Source: Fibrobacteria bacterium
GTDB lineage: Bacteria > Fibrobacterota > Fibrobacteria > UBA11236 > JADFYW01
Assembly: GCA_050294405.1 (NCBI GenBank)
Contig: JBNKOC010000024.1
Span: 64,001-128,000, forward strand
Length of the DNA stretch: 64,000 nt
Direction: 5' to 3'
The notes under the pieces are model-generated. The model had not been told where the DNA came from. It saw nothing but the letters and a program-made list of their open reading frames with translations, and made no database searches. Shown one piece after another: positions 38,872-46,900 of the stretch (within the stretch, counting starts at the first letter, position 1; each line of letters starts with the position of its first letter). A program made the position numbers and the translations under genes.

Positions 38872-39945
38872 GTGAATAGTAAATCTGGAAAATACATCCT
38901 TTTTGGTTTGGGATTATTTGCCCTTCCCCTTATTTGGTCCGGGGAGGCCCAAAAAAAGCCTCCTCGCTTTGCTTTAATGCCCATAATAATGAAAACAGAA
39001 GCAACTGGTTTTGGTGCGGGCGCAGCTGGAATGTACTTTCCTCCACAAAAAGACACGCTTTCCCATAAATCCCATTTTAGATTCATTGGCATTTATGCAG
39101 CTAAAGGCCAATGGGTTCTAGCGGGATCTCCTGATGTGTGGTTATTTCAAAATAAGTACCATTTAACTGGAGATTTAATTTATCAATATTGGCCATCTGA
39201 CTACTACGAAATAGGAAATAATTCAGGGGATAATTTTGACGGAATTTTGAAGACCTCCTTTAGCAATGTGTTGGGTTTGGAACGGGGTTGGAAAGAGACA
39301 TACTATTTAGGAGGCGAGCTCGAATATACTTTTGAAAAAATTCGCTACCCTGATTCGGGAATTGTTAGTGCTACCCTTCCCACCGGTTATGAGGGGGGGA
39401 ATATTTTTGTGCAATCGTTAATATTTTCTTATGACACAAGAAATCATGCCCAGTTTCCAACAAAGGGAACATTTTTCAAATATAAATTAGGTCTTAGTCA
39501 AAACTGGTTCGTGTCCGATTTCAATTTTTTACGCCAATACTATCGGCTGTCAAAATATTTCCCCACTGGAAAGCTCTCCACTTTTGCGGTGGGATTAGTT
39601 GGTGAAAATTATTTTGGAGCTCCCCCCTTATCTGTTATGCCTACTCCCAATGGGGAGAGTGTTTTAAGGGGAATAAAAAATGGCCGTTATTCCGATAAAA
39701 ACTTATTTGCTTTGCTGTCGGAATACCGCTTTCCCATTTGGAAAATTATTGATGGAGGTCTTTTTGGAGAAATGGCCCAGGTAGCTCCCAAACCATTTGA
39801 TTTTGGATGGGAGCGTTTTCACTATGGGGTTGGTGCCGGAATTCATCTGGCTGTGGTTCCCAGCGAAAGGATACATATTCGCTTCGATGTATCCTATGTG
39901 GACGATGGCACCCGTTTTATCATCGCCATGCTGGATGCTTTTTAG
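38872..39945 (+). CDS. Omp85/BamA-TamA-family barrel lacking POTRA domains
   Basis: YDTRN..FPTKG, LRG..GRY.D, EYRFPIW, G.G.G, IRFD, C-terminal DAF. Confidence 0.8.
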   Translation: MNSKSGKYILFGLGLFALPLIWSGEAQKKPPRFALMPIIMKTEATGFGAGAAGMYFPPQKDTLSHKSHFRFIGIYAAKGQWVLAGSPDVWLFQNKYHLTGDLIYQYWPSDYYEIGNNSGDNFDGILKTSFSNVLGLERGWKETYYLGGELEYTFEKIRYPDSGIVSATLPTGYEGGNIFVQSLIFSYDTRNHAQFPTKGTFFKYKLGLSQNWFVSDFNFLRQYYRLSKYFPTGKLSTFAVGLVGENYFGAPPLSVMPTPNGESVLRGIKNGRYSDKNLFALLSEYRFPIWKIIDGGLFGEMAQVAPKPFDFGWERFHYGVGAGIHLAVVPSERIHIRFDVSYVDDGTRFIIAMLDAF

Positions 39946-39947
39946 TG

Positions 39948-41111
39948 TTACTCATATTTGAAAAAACCATAGACCAATTTGTGATCCAGCCCTCGGGATG
40001 TTAAAGCAGACCATTCCACCCGCCAATCCTGGGATGTGCATCTTATCACAAAATGCTCCATTTTTTTATTTTTAGGAAGTTTGATAGCTACAATGGGTAA
40101 ATCGCCAGGGCTATCTTCGGTGTTGAAGTTTAGCAAATCGTCCCAGTCCGATTCCACATCATCCAGGTTGGTATAAAACCAGCTGTAAAATAAGTCTTCC
40201 TTATGTACTTTTTCATTGGGAGAACGATAGCTTTGCTGACTGTTATTTGAAGTAGCCATAGCAAAAAAGGATTGTTTTTCCCCCACTTCAAGCGTATCGT
40301 ATACCAAGTCTCCTTCCAAATCTTCACCGTAAGTTTTGAAGTAAAGGGTATCCGAATCATAATTTTTAATTTCTTTGGGATCCGTAATATCCTTGTGGTA
40401 AACCCGGATAATGGCAATGGAATCTATAACGGGATTTTCGTTTACATTGGAAATGAAGTCTCCACTTTCCAACCTATTGCTGTAGCGGATACTCAAATTT
40501 TTGGTTACGTCCAAAGAAAAACCCGGAGAGCGGACTTTAGCCCTGAGTTGAACCAAGGCCACCATGTTATCCACCAAAGGAGACAACTCATTGGGAAGGC
40601 TTTGGTTGTTTTCAAAGGCTTCTACTAAATCCTCCCTTGATATATCGCCTCCATTTACATCCACTCCAATATTTCCCAATTGGCTTTTCACATCTCCGTC
40701 CACATCTTCTTCCTGTAAAATCACCTGCGGCAAAATGGAAGATAATAACAGGGGATTTTGATTGCCGGTTGGAACCACAAAGGAAAACTCAAGCCCATTT
40801 TCACTTTGGTTTATTAACATGTTTTCTTCCTCCATATTTAAAACATAGTTTACAACCGGAAGGGCGTCGTAATTGTCGATTTGGTATTCCAGACCCAATT
40901 CCCAATCCACATTGTATTCCTTGTCCGCATCATACATTTTTAAGATAACATGCACCGTGTCGCCGGGAGCTGCTTCTGGGGGATCCAGGACTATGGCAAA
41001 GGGCCGGATTTTTTGACCTTCTATGACATTATCATATTTTTCTGGAAAATCTGCGCAGCCCACCATTATGGCTGCAGCAAGTATAATTGTGATATTCAAT
41101 AATTTTTTCAT
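39948..41111 (-). CDS. Lipoprotein encoded downstream of the TonB-dependent receptor
   Basis: Lipobox MVGC. RPFAIVLDPPEAAPGD and N.NP motifs. Confidence 0.75.
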   Translation of the reverse strand: MKKLLNITIILAAAIMVGCADFPEKYDNVIEGQKIRPFAIVLDPPEAAPGDTVHVILKMYDADKEYNVDWELGLEYQIDNYDALPVVNYVLNMEEENMLINQSENGLEFSFVVPTGNQNPLLLSSILPQVILQEEDVDGDVKSQLGNIGVDVNGGDISREDLVEAFENNQSLPNELSPLVDNMVALVQLRAKVRSPGFSLDVTKNLSIRYSNRLESGDFISNVNENPVIDSIAIIRVYHKDITDPKEIKNYDSDTLYFKTYGEDLEGDLVYDTLEVGEKQSFFAMATSNNSQQSYRSPNEKVHKEDLFYSWFYTNLDDVESDWDDLLNFNTEDSPGDLPIVAIKLPKNKKMEHFVIRCTSQDWRVEWSALTSRGLDHKLVYGFFKYE

Positions 41112-41129
41112 GATACTAAAACTCCTGTA

Positions 41130-43820
41130 TTAAAATTCTGCTGTGATGCCAAATGAGGGAAGAAATATCGCGCCAACGGATTCCCGTTTGGAGCCATCAT
41201 AGTTGTAATCGTAAAATTCCGGACTGTTGTAAAAGAAATAATTCACATTGCGAAAATCCAGATAAGTGGACAACATCCAACTATTGAATACAAATTTTTT
41301 ATCCACTCTTAGGTCCAATTGTAGAAAGGGACCCATTCTGTCTGAATAAGCATCTCCTAAATTGTTTACATAGTCCAAATATTCTGAATTGTATTCAAAT
41401 TCATTGTCCGTGTAAGATTTTCTGGGCGTGGTTGGATTGCCAGTCACATATCGGAAGCGAAAGCCTGTTTCCCACTGGCGAGGTAAGCGCCAGCTACCCA
41501 AAACCTGAAGGTTGTGGGTTTGGTCAAATTGGCTCACAACCCATTTATCAGGGTCCCAGGTTGAAGTAGCCCTGGCCAACTCTACAGTAAATGGGCCACC
41601 AGTGCGTCTTTCGGAACGAGAAAGGGAGTAACTTATCCAGCCAAAAAAACGGGAACCCTGATCGTGGCGAAGCATCATTTCCATTCCATACATTCTGCCT
41701 TCCATATCGGGGATAAAATTTACAGACTCGCCTGATACAGGATTAATGCTGTCTGTATAATTTGGAATATCGTATTGGTAATTGTAATATCCTTGCAAGT
41801 CCAGCGATACCAAATCGCTAATTTGCCATTCATGCCCTCCTACATAATGGTATGCCTTGGTCGCAGGCAAATCCGGATTGCCCCAGGCTTCGTCTGTTGC
41901 CTGGCCCCAGGGTTTGGGAGCTTGGGAATAGGATCCTGCACTGCCTTTTAAGGTTAACCCTTTTGTATATTGCCATCTGGATGTTAAACGGTAGCTAGGC
42001 TGACCTTCTTCAATATCGGCAAAATAATCATATCGAATACCAGGCATAATCAAAATGTTATTGCCCAACTTCCACTCGGCATTTAAATAGGCTCCCGAAG
42101 CGGAGAAATATTGCACATCTTTGTTATCTCTAAATCCCTTTCCACCTAAAATGTTAAGGGAGTAATCAATGCTTTCGAAATCCACATCTAAACCTGGTTT
42201 TAGCATCAAACTTTTAGCAGGACTGTATTGAAGCTCATCTCGCAAATACACTCCCATTTGATTGAATTCGATTTTTTGGAAGCCAAAAGCGCTGGCAAGG
42301 GCATAAGACTTGGTTAAGCTTAATCTCAATTCATTTCTCAATTTGGGAGAAACTGTTTTATCCCAACCCAATAAAGCCATTTGATACCATTCATCAGCAA
42401 GAGCCGCAGAAGTATTTTCCTCAACCTCCTGGCTTCCTCCCCGAATCTCAGAAGAGTATAACTCCAGTTTATCTTTGGAAGCGCTGTAGGTTAAAAAGGC
42501 TTTGTCCTGGTTTTTTAATTTCCAATCAAGTCTGGCATAAGCGTCTGCGTAAACCGGTATTACAGTCATGGGAGTGTTTTCTGTAGCCGATTCAATAAAT
42601 TTACCAATGTAACTGTATCTGCCTGCAGCTTGTAAAGATAAATTTTCACTTACAGGCCCCTCCATTAAGGCAGCTGCATCCATCAAATTTATATCAACTT
42701 TTCCATGCCATCGATCGCTTTTGGCGCTACGCCCTTTAACTTCCACAACTCCGCCAACAGCCCCTCCATATCGGCTGCTGAACCCGCCAGGATACATATC
42801 TATAGAAGAAAGCAAATCAGAAGAGTACACAGAGCGCAATCCTCCAAAGTGAAACAAATGAGGTACCCTAACCCCATCCAGATAAAAACGGGTGTCTTCA
42901 GAACCGGATCCCCTTATAATAACATCGCCACTAATAAAAGAGGGACGGGCTACTCCTGGAAGGGCCCTTACAACTTTAATGGCATCTCCGCCAAATCCAG
43001 GTACTCTTTTTATTTCGGATACAGAAAGGGTCTTTTTGGCCACTTCCACTTTTTCAGCCTTGCCATATACCACAATTTCATATTCGTCATAACTCTCTCT
43101 GGCAATGCGGTACTCCACTTCAATTTGCTTGCCGTTTTCCAAAAGCTCGGTAAATGAGGCAGGGCGGTATCCGGTTGCGGGAATAGAGACCTTGATGGAA
43201 CAGGCTGGCAAAGATTTAAAAGAAAATTTTCCTTCCCCATCTGTGGTTGTTACAATTCTACCCTCTTCCATAAATTGACCTTCGAAGCTGGCGACTTTGT
43301 TTAGATACAAATCGAGGGGTAACTTAATAGAGGGGTCCTTTTCAGGGTTCAATAATGTAACCACAACCATAGTTTCTTTTACCGGAGACCGAGTGCCTTT
43401 TTCTTTTACGATTCCTGTGAAGTTAACATATTCAGGAATAGTCTCCACCAAACTTGCCAAAGAAAAACGATATTCGTATTCCAGAGCCACCGCTATCGGC
43501 TCTCCCCCTGCAATGGCTGGATTGAAGCGGGAGTTTTGCAAAGCCCAAACGGCGGCACTGTCCAATTGAGGATGTATACCTTCCAACACTTTAATGGAGT
43601 CCACCGAACCGGAGTCGCTTATTACAATTTCAAGTCTCACAACACCTTCGGCTCCATCTTCAATCGCTTTTGTTGGGTAGGCCGCCTCCTTAAAAGTTTT
43701 TACACTGGGCATTGTCTCGATGGGTGCTGGTTCTTCCACAGGAATTTCAATTTCCACTTCGCTGTCCTGACCCAATCCCCATGTTATGAGGAACCCCAAT
43801 GTTAATAATAGTTTTTTCAT
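41130..43820 (-). CDS. TonB-dependent receptor fused to an N-terminal TonB C-terminal domain and a carboxypeptidase-regulatory-like domain
   Basis: YP..A...G.EG.V.L...I...G.V (TonB_C). EIVVYG box. Plug EIKRVPGFGGDAIK..LPGV, RGS..DG, YPGGFSSRYG. LDLRVDK. C-terminal F. Confidence 0.9.
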   Translation of the reverse strand: MKKLLLTLGFLITWGLGQDSEVEIEIPVEEPAPIETMPSVKTFKEAAYPTKAIEDGAEGVVRLEIVISDSGSVDSIKVLEGIHPQLDSAAVWALQNSRFNPAIAGGEPIAVALEYEYRFSLASLVETIPEYVNFTGIVKEKGTRSPVKETMVVVTLLNPEKDPSIKLPLDLYLNKVASFEGQFMEEGRIVTTTDGEGKFSFKSLPACSIKVSIPATGYRPASFTELLENGKQIEVEYRIARESYDEYEIVVYGKAEKVEVAKKTLSVSEIKRVPGFGGDAIKVVRALPGVARPSFISGDVIIRGSGSEDTRFYLDGVRVPHLFHFGGLRSVYSSDLLSSIDMYPGGFSSRYGGAVGGVVEVKGRSAKSDRWHGKVDINLMDAAALMEGPVSENLSLQAAGRYSYIGKFIESATENTPMTVIPVYADAYARLDWKLKNQDKAFLTYSASKDKLELYSSEIRGGSQEVEENTSAALADEWYQMALLGWDKTVSPKLRNELRLSLTKSYALASAFGFQKIEFNQMGVYLRDELQYSPAKSLMLKPGLDVDFESIDYSLNILGGKGFRDNKDVQYFSASGAYLNAEWKLGNNILIMPGIRYDYFADIEEGQPSYRLTSRWQYTKGLTLKGSAGSYSQAPKPWGQATDEAWGNPDLPATKAYHYVGGHEWQISDLVSLDLQGYYNYQYDIPNYTDSINPVSGESVNFIPDMEGRMYGMEMMLRHDQGSRFFGWISYSLSRSERRTGGPFTVELARATSTWDPDKWVVSQFDQTHNLQVLGSWRLPRQWETGFRFRYVTGNPTTPRKSYTDNEFEYNSEYLDYVNNLGDAYSDRMGPFLQLDLRVDKKFVFNSWMLSTYLDFRNVNYFFYNSPEFYDYNYDGSKRESVGAIFLPSFGITAEF

Positions 43821-43828
43821 GTTTTCTC

Positions 43829-44611
43829 CTATGCCTGGAATTCAAATCTAAAGGTAAGGGGAATCCAAACGGCCACTGGAGCGTCGTCTAATATTCCCGG
43901 TTCAAATTTCATTTTTTTAATGGCTTCAATGCTTGATTGACGGGTTCCAAAACCAAGATCTGCCAATATCACAATTTTTTTAGGACAACCATCTACATCC
44001 ACTAAAACTCTTGCTTTTACTTTTCCAATAACCTGATTTTTTTTCATTTCATCTGTATACTCAGGTTTTGCCGCAACTTTAATTTTGGGCATTTTGGAAA
44101 TTCGCGTTACCGATACGACCTTGCCCTTAATATCTTCTTCAGAAGCCTTCAATGTATCTGGGGGAACATCCAGAGAATTACCTAATTTTCCCACCAGGGC
44201 ATCACTACCGCCTTCACCATTTCCAAGACCTTTGGAATACAGTTTGCGAACGCCATAAACTTTTCGAGGTTTTTTTTCCGCGACCTTTTGGGGCTCCTTG
44301 GCGGCTTCTTCTAAGGCCGGTTTTTCAATGGGCTTAACAGGTTTAGGTTTTGGTTTTTCTTTTTTTGGTTCTGGCGCTTTAGCTTTTGGCTCTTCTTTTA
44401 CGAAAAAGCTTACATCCATTTTCTTAAGGAATAAAGCCTGTTCCAATTTCGACGTATCTACCTGGGAAAGAAACAAACCCATTCCGGTAAAAACTCCCAG
44501 AGAGGCCAAGGTCAACACCCGATAAAGACTTCCACCTCTGGAGGTTTTATTTTTCCCAAGGGAGTATTCTTCCAGGTAAAAAGATTTCCTATCTGTTTTT
44601 TCTATTTTCAT
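43829..44611 (-). CDS. tonB: Energy transducer TonB
   Basis: One TM helix, EPK/KP Pro-rich spacer, C-terminal KPEYT..G.V...VLVDVDG..KFEPG. Confidence 0.88.
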   Translation of the reverse strand: MKIEKTDRKSFYLEEYSLGKNKTSRGGSLYRVLTLASLGVFTGMGLFLSQVDTSKLEQALFLKKMDVSFFVKEEPKAKAPEPKKEKPKPKPVKPIEKPALEEAAKEPQKVAEKKPRKVYGVRKLYSKGLGNGEGGSDALVGKLGNSLDVPPDTLKASEEDIKGKVVSVTRISKMPKIKVAAKPEYTDEMKKNQVIGKVKARVLVDVDGCPKKIVILADLGFGTRQSSIEAIKKMKFEPGILDDAPVAVWIPLTFRFEFQA

Positions 44612-44613
44612 GG

Positions 44614-45099
44614 TTATGCCCTTTGCACTACTAATAGTGAAAAATCTTTGAGACGGGCCCTTCCCGCCGTATACATCACTTTTTTAAGAATTTTGAAGTC
44701 AGTGCTTTTATCACATTGAATCAAAATTTTCCCGCTTCTTTTCATTTCGGGAATTTTTTCCAAACTTTTTTCCAGCTCATTAAATACTGGCATTAACATC
44801 ATGGAATCCTGATCTGCCACTTCTGACTTGGACATTATCTGGATACCCCCTACCCTCACACCCTCGGTAGTTATTTCCAGGTTTAAAACCTCTTCGGGAG
44901 ATTCTTTGCTCATGGATTCAGCGAGGCTCAAATCTTTAGGAACGGATATCAATGCCCCATCAGTGGAAAAGCTTTTTAAAAGGAATACCAAAAGGATAGT
45001 CATAACATCAATCAAAGAGGTCAGTTGGGGTTTAATAACAGCCCCATCGTATTTCCGGTTTCCGCCTAAAATGGATTTTTGGCTGTTGATTTTTTTCAT
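44614..45099 (-). CDS. exbD: ExbD/TolR family protein (AglS-like; retains the Asp)
   Basis: LTSLIDVMTILLVFLLKSFS and ILIQCDK..F..LKKVMYT. Confidence 0.88.
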   Translation of the reverse strand: MKKINSQKSILGGNRKYDGAVIKPQLTSLIDVMTILLVFLLKSFSTDGALISVPKDLSLAESMSKESPEEVLNLEITTEGVRVGGIQIMSKSEVADQDSMMLMPVFNELEKSLEKIPEMKRSGKILIQCDKSTDFKILKKVMYTAGRARLKDFSLLVVQRA

Positions 45100-45602
45100 G
45101 AGGACACTCTCCCATTTTCTTTGGTCACTGTTGTTTTGCCGGGGCCTTCTGCAAGGGCCACTTTTTCAAAGCCTGTTTTTTTACAGCTGTCCATAACTTC
45201 AACAACGGACTCAAATTGAATGCCGTCATTTACCGCAACCACCACTTCATTTTGCTTAGCCAATTGGGGGCGAACTTCGGCCAGCGCTTTTTCCAAATCC
45301 TTTAAATATTTGTCTTCCTGCTCTCGTGAAATAGTGCTCAGCAGAGAATCTCCCAAAGTCAATTCAAATTGTTTTTCCATAAGAACTACTGTGAGTTTTA
45401 AATCCTTCCTGGAGGGGCCCCCTCCATCTACCCCGGCGTTGGGAGGCAGGGAAAATTCCAACACAGAGTAGTGGGTAAATACGGCCATGCTAACCAGAAA
45501 GGGAATGAGGATTACAAACATGTTCATTACTGGGGTCACATCCAAATCTACAGGTTCCGCATGTTGGCTTGGTTTTTTGGCATTTGCGAATAGGCTTTTC
45601 AT
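45096..45602 (-). CDS. exbD: ExbD/TolR family protein (Asn at the conserved Asp position)
   Basis: LDVTPVMNMFVILIPFL and I.FESVVEVMD. Confidence 0.85.
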   Translation of the reverse strand: MKSLFANAKKPSQHAEPVDLDVTPVMNMFVILIPFLVSMAVFTHYSVLEFSLPPNAGVDGGGPSRKDLKLTVVLMEKQFELTLGDSLLSTISREQEDKYLKDLEKALAEVRPQLAKQNEVVVAVNDGIQFESVVEVMDSCKKTGFEKVALAEGPGKTTVTKENGRVSS

Positions 45603-46231
45603 GATCTGCTCTTTTCCATGTAGTTGAGAAGTTTTACAGTCGCTTCATCAGTGTCTTCAGAAAGGCCTGATTGAATGTTATTTAAGCTGGTGAAAGCTAT
45701 CATGCAGGGAATGGCGACCAATAGCCCCATTGCTGTGGTATTCATAGCTTGAGCAATACCATTGGCCAAGGCTGTGGCTTTTTCCGCGCCCTCTGCCAAC
45801 TGCAGGGATTGGAAAGAAAGTTGCAGTCCGAAAATGGTTCCTAATAATCCTGTTAGTGTGGCGATGTTTGCAAACATGCCCAGGTTACTTAAACGTGTTC
45901 CGTAGCGGGGAATTTCTTTTATGGCAGCTTCTTCCACACCTTGTTGTATATCTTCGTAAGGAAGTCCTTTTTCGTAACGTTGCAAAGCTACCTTTAATAT
46001 GCGATGTAAAGGGGAACGACCCTTGGCTACCGTTTTAATGGCTTCATCTGTTTTTTCCTCGGATAGAGAAGCCACTATTTTCCCAATCAATTGCCGCGAG
46101 TTACCCCGGCATACGGCAAAGTAAAATAGCGCCCGCTCAAGGATAACCGATAGGGCAAGTGCGCCCAAGGCCAGAATGACCCACATAAAGGCCCCGCCCT
46201 CATTAAAAAATTTTGCGGCTGTCTCAATCAT
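45599..46231 (-). CDS. exbB: MotA/TolQ/ExbB proton channel protein
   Basis: GG.FMW, ER, ATLTGLLGTIFGL, GIAQAMNTTAMGL. Confidence 0.92.
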   Translation of the reverse strand: MIETAAKFFNEGGAFMWVILALGALALSVILERALFYFAVCRGNSRQLIGKIVASLSEEKTDEAIKTVAKGRSPLHRILKVALQRYEKGLPYEDIQQGVEEAAIKEIPRYGTRLSNLGMFANIATLTGLLGTIFGLQLSFQSLQLAEGAEKATALANGIAQAMNTTAMGLLVAIPCMIAFTSLNNIQSGLSEDTDEATVKLLNYMEKSRS

Positions 46232-46262
46232 TGTTTTTCTCCTGTTTTAAGTGATTTATTGT

Positions 46263-46676
46263 TTAAACACGCCAATGCGCTGAAAGTGTTACTTTTTTAA
46301 TTTCCTTGATTTTTTTGCGAAATTCGTCCTTTGAAAAGGGTTTGGACAGCCAATAAATGCTTTTGCCCTCCCAATTTTTTACCTCATTTCCCATTATGGG
46401 AAACCCAGCAAGAATCAGCACGGGCAAATGTGGATGCCTTTCCCCCAAAACATTAAGAATCGAAACCCAATCCAAATTGAGCTGCGGTATTCCCAAAATA
46501 AGCAGGTCTAACTGGCTAGTCGCTTTTCCACCCCTTAGCATGGAAACATCTACCCATTGAGGATGGCATCCAAAGCTGCGTAGCAATAGCTCCAGAGAAT
46601 GGCCTAGATGGACGTCTTCTTCATAGATGCCCACTATGCTTTTGCAAAAACTTAAGGATGTTATTGATGTGTTCAT
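46263..46676 (-). CDS. Stand-alone atypical (pseudo-)receiver domain protein
   Basis: IYEED, DLLILG (Gly where the phospho-Asp is expected), LPVLILAG, KPF. Start set at the ATG just downstream of the sigma54 box. Confidence 0.65.
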   Translation of the reverse strand: MNTSITSLSFCKSIVGIYEEDVHLGHSLELLLRSFGCHPQWVDVSMLRGGKATSQLDLLILGIPQLNLDWVSILNVLGERHPHLPVLILAGFPIMGNEVKNWEGKSIYWLSKPFSKDEFRKKIKEIKKVTLSAHWRV

Positions 46677-46688
46677 GCCTGCTATTAA

Positions 46689-46704
46689 TGCAAGGCCAAT
46701 GCCA
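46689..46704 (-). promoter_or_regulatory. sigma54 (-24/-12) promoter
   Basis: Minus strand reads CTGGCATTGGCCTTGCA, with exact GG-N10-GC spacing. Confidence 0.82.
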
Positions 46705-46732
46705 GTTTTTAAAAGGACAAATGTCAACCTCG

Positions 46733-46745
46733 TAACTTATTTATT
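46733..46745 (-). promoter_or_regulatory. IHF-like site
   Basis: Minus strand reads AATAAATAAGTTA, one mismatch to WATCAANNNNTTR. Lies between the sigma54 box and the palindromes. Confidence 0.45.
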
Positions 46746-46793
46746 GACAGTGTTTTACGAGAATGAAGGCGATTTTAGCGACCAATTGATACC

Positions 46794-46897
46794 CCTGTGA
46801 AAAAATTCACAGGCTGGGTGGGAACTTAGTGTATGCCCCTGATTTATATGAGCTTAGCAGCTGAGCCAATTTTCCCTGTGTGAAAAAATTCACAGGG
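46794..46897. promoter_or_regulatory. Two identical palindromes TGTGAAAAAATTCACA (candidate enhancer/UAS)
   Basis: Copies at 46796-46811 and 46879-46894, each followed by GG and preceded by CCAATT, 83 bp apart. Confidence 0.75.
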
Positions 46898-46900
46898 ACA

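Noticed and set aside
46677..46727. 17-codon N-terminal extension of the pseudo-receiver ORF
   Set aside because: It runs through the sigma54 promoter, so ATG 46676 is preferred.
46820..46850. GGGAACTT as an ECF -35 element
   Set aside because: No GTCT -10 at the right spacing and no plus-strand gene downstream.
46794..46897. Repeated palindromes as a mini-CRISPR or IS ends
   Set aside because: Only two short copies, no cas or transposase gene, and the position fits regulatory sites.
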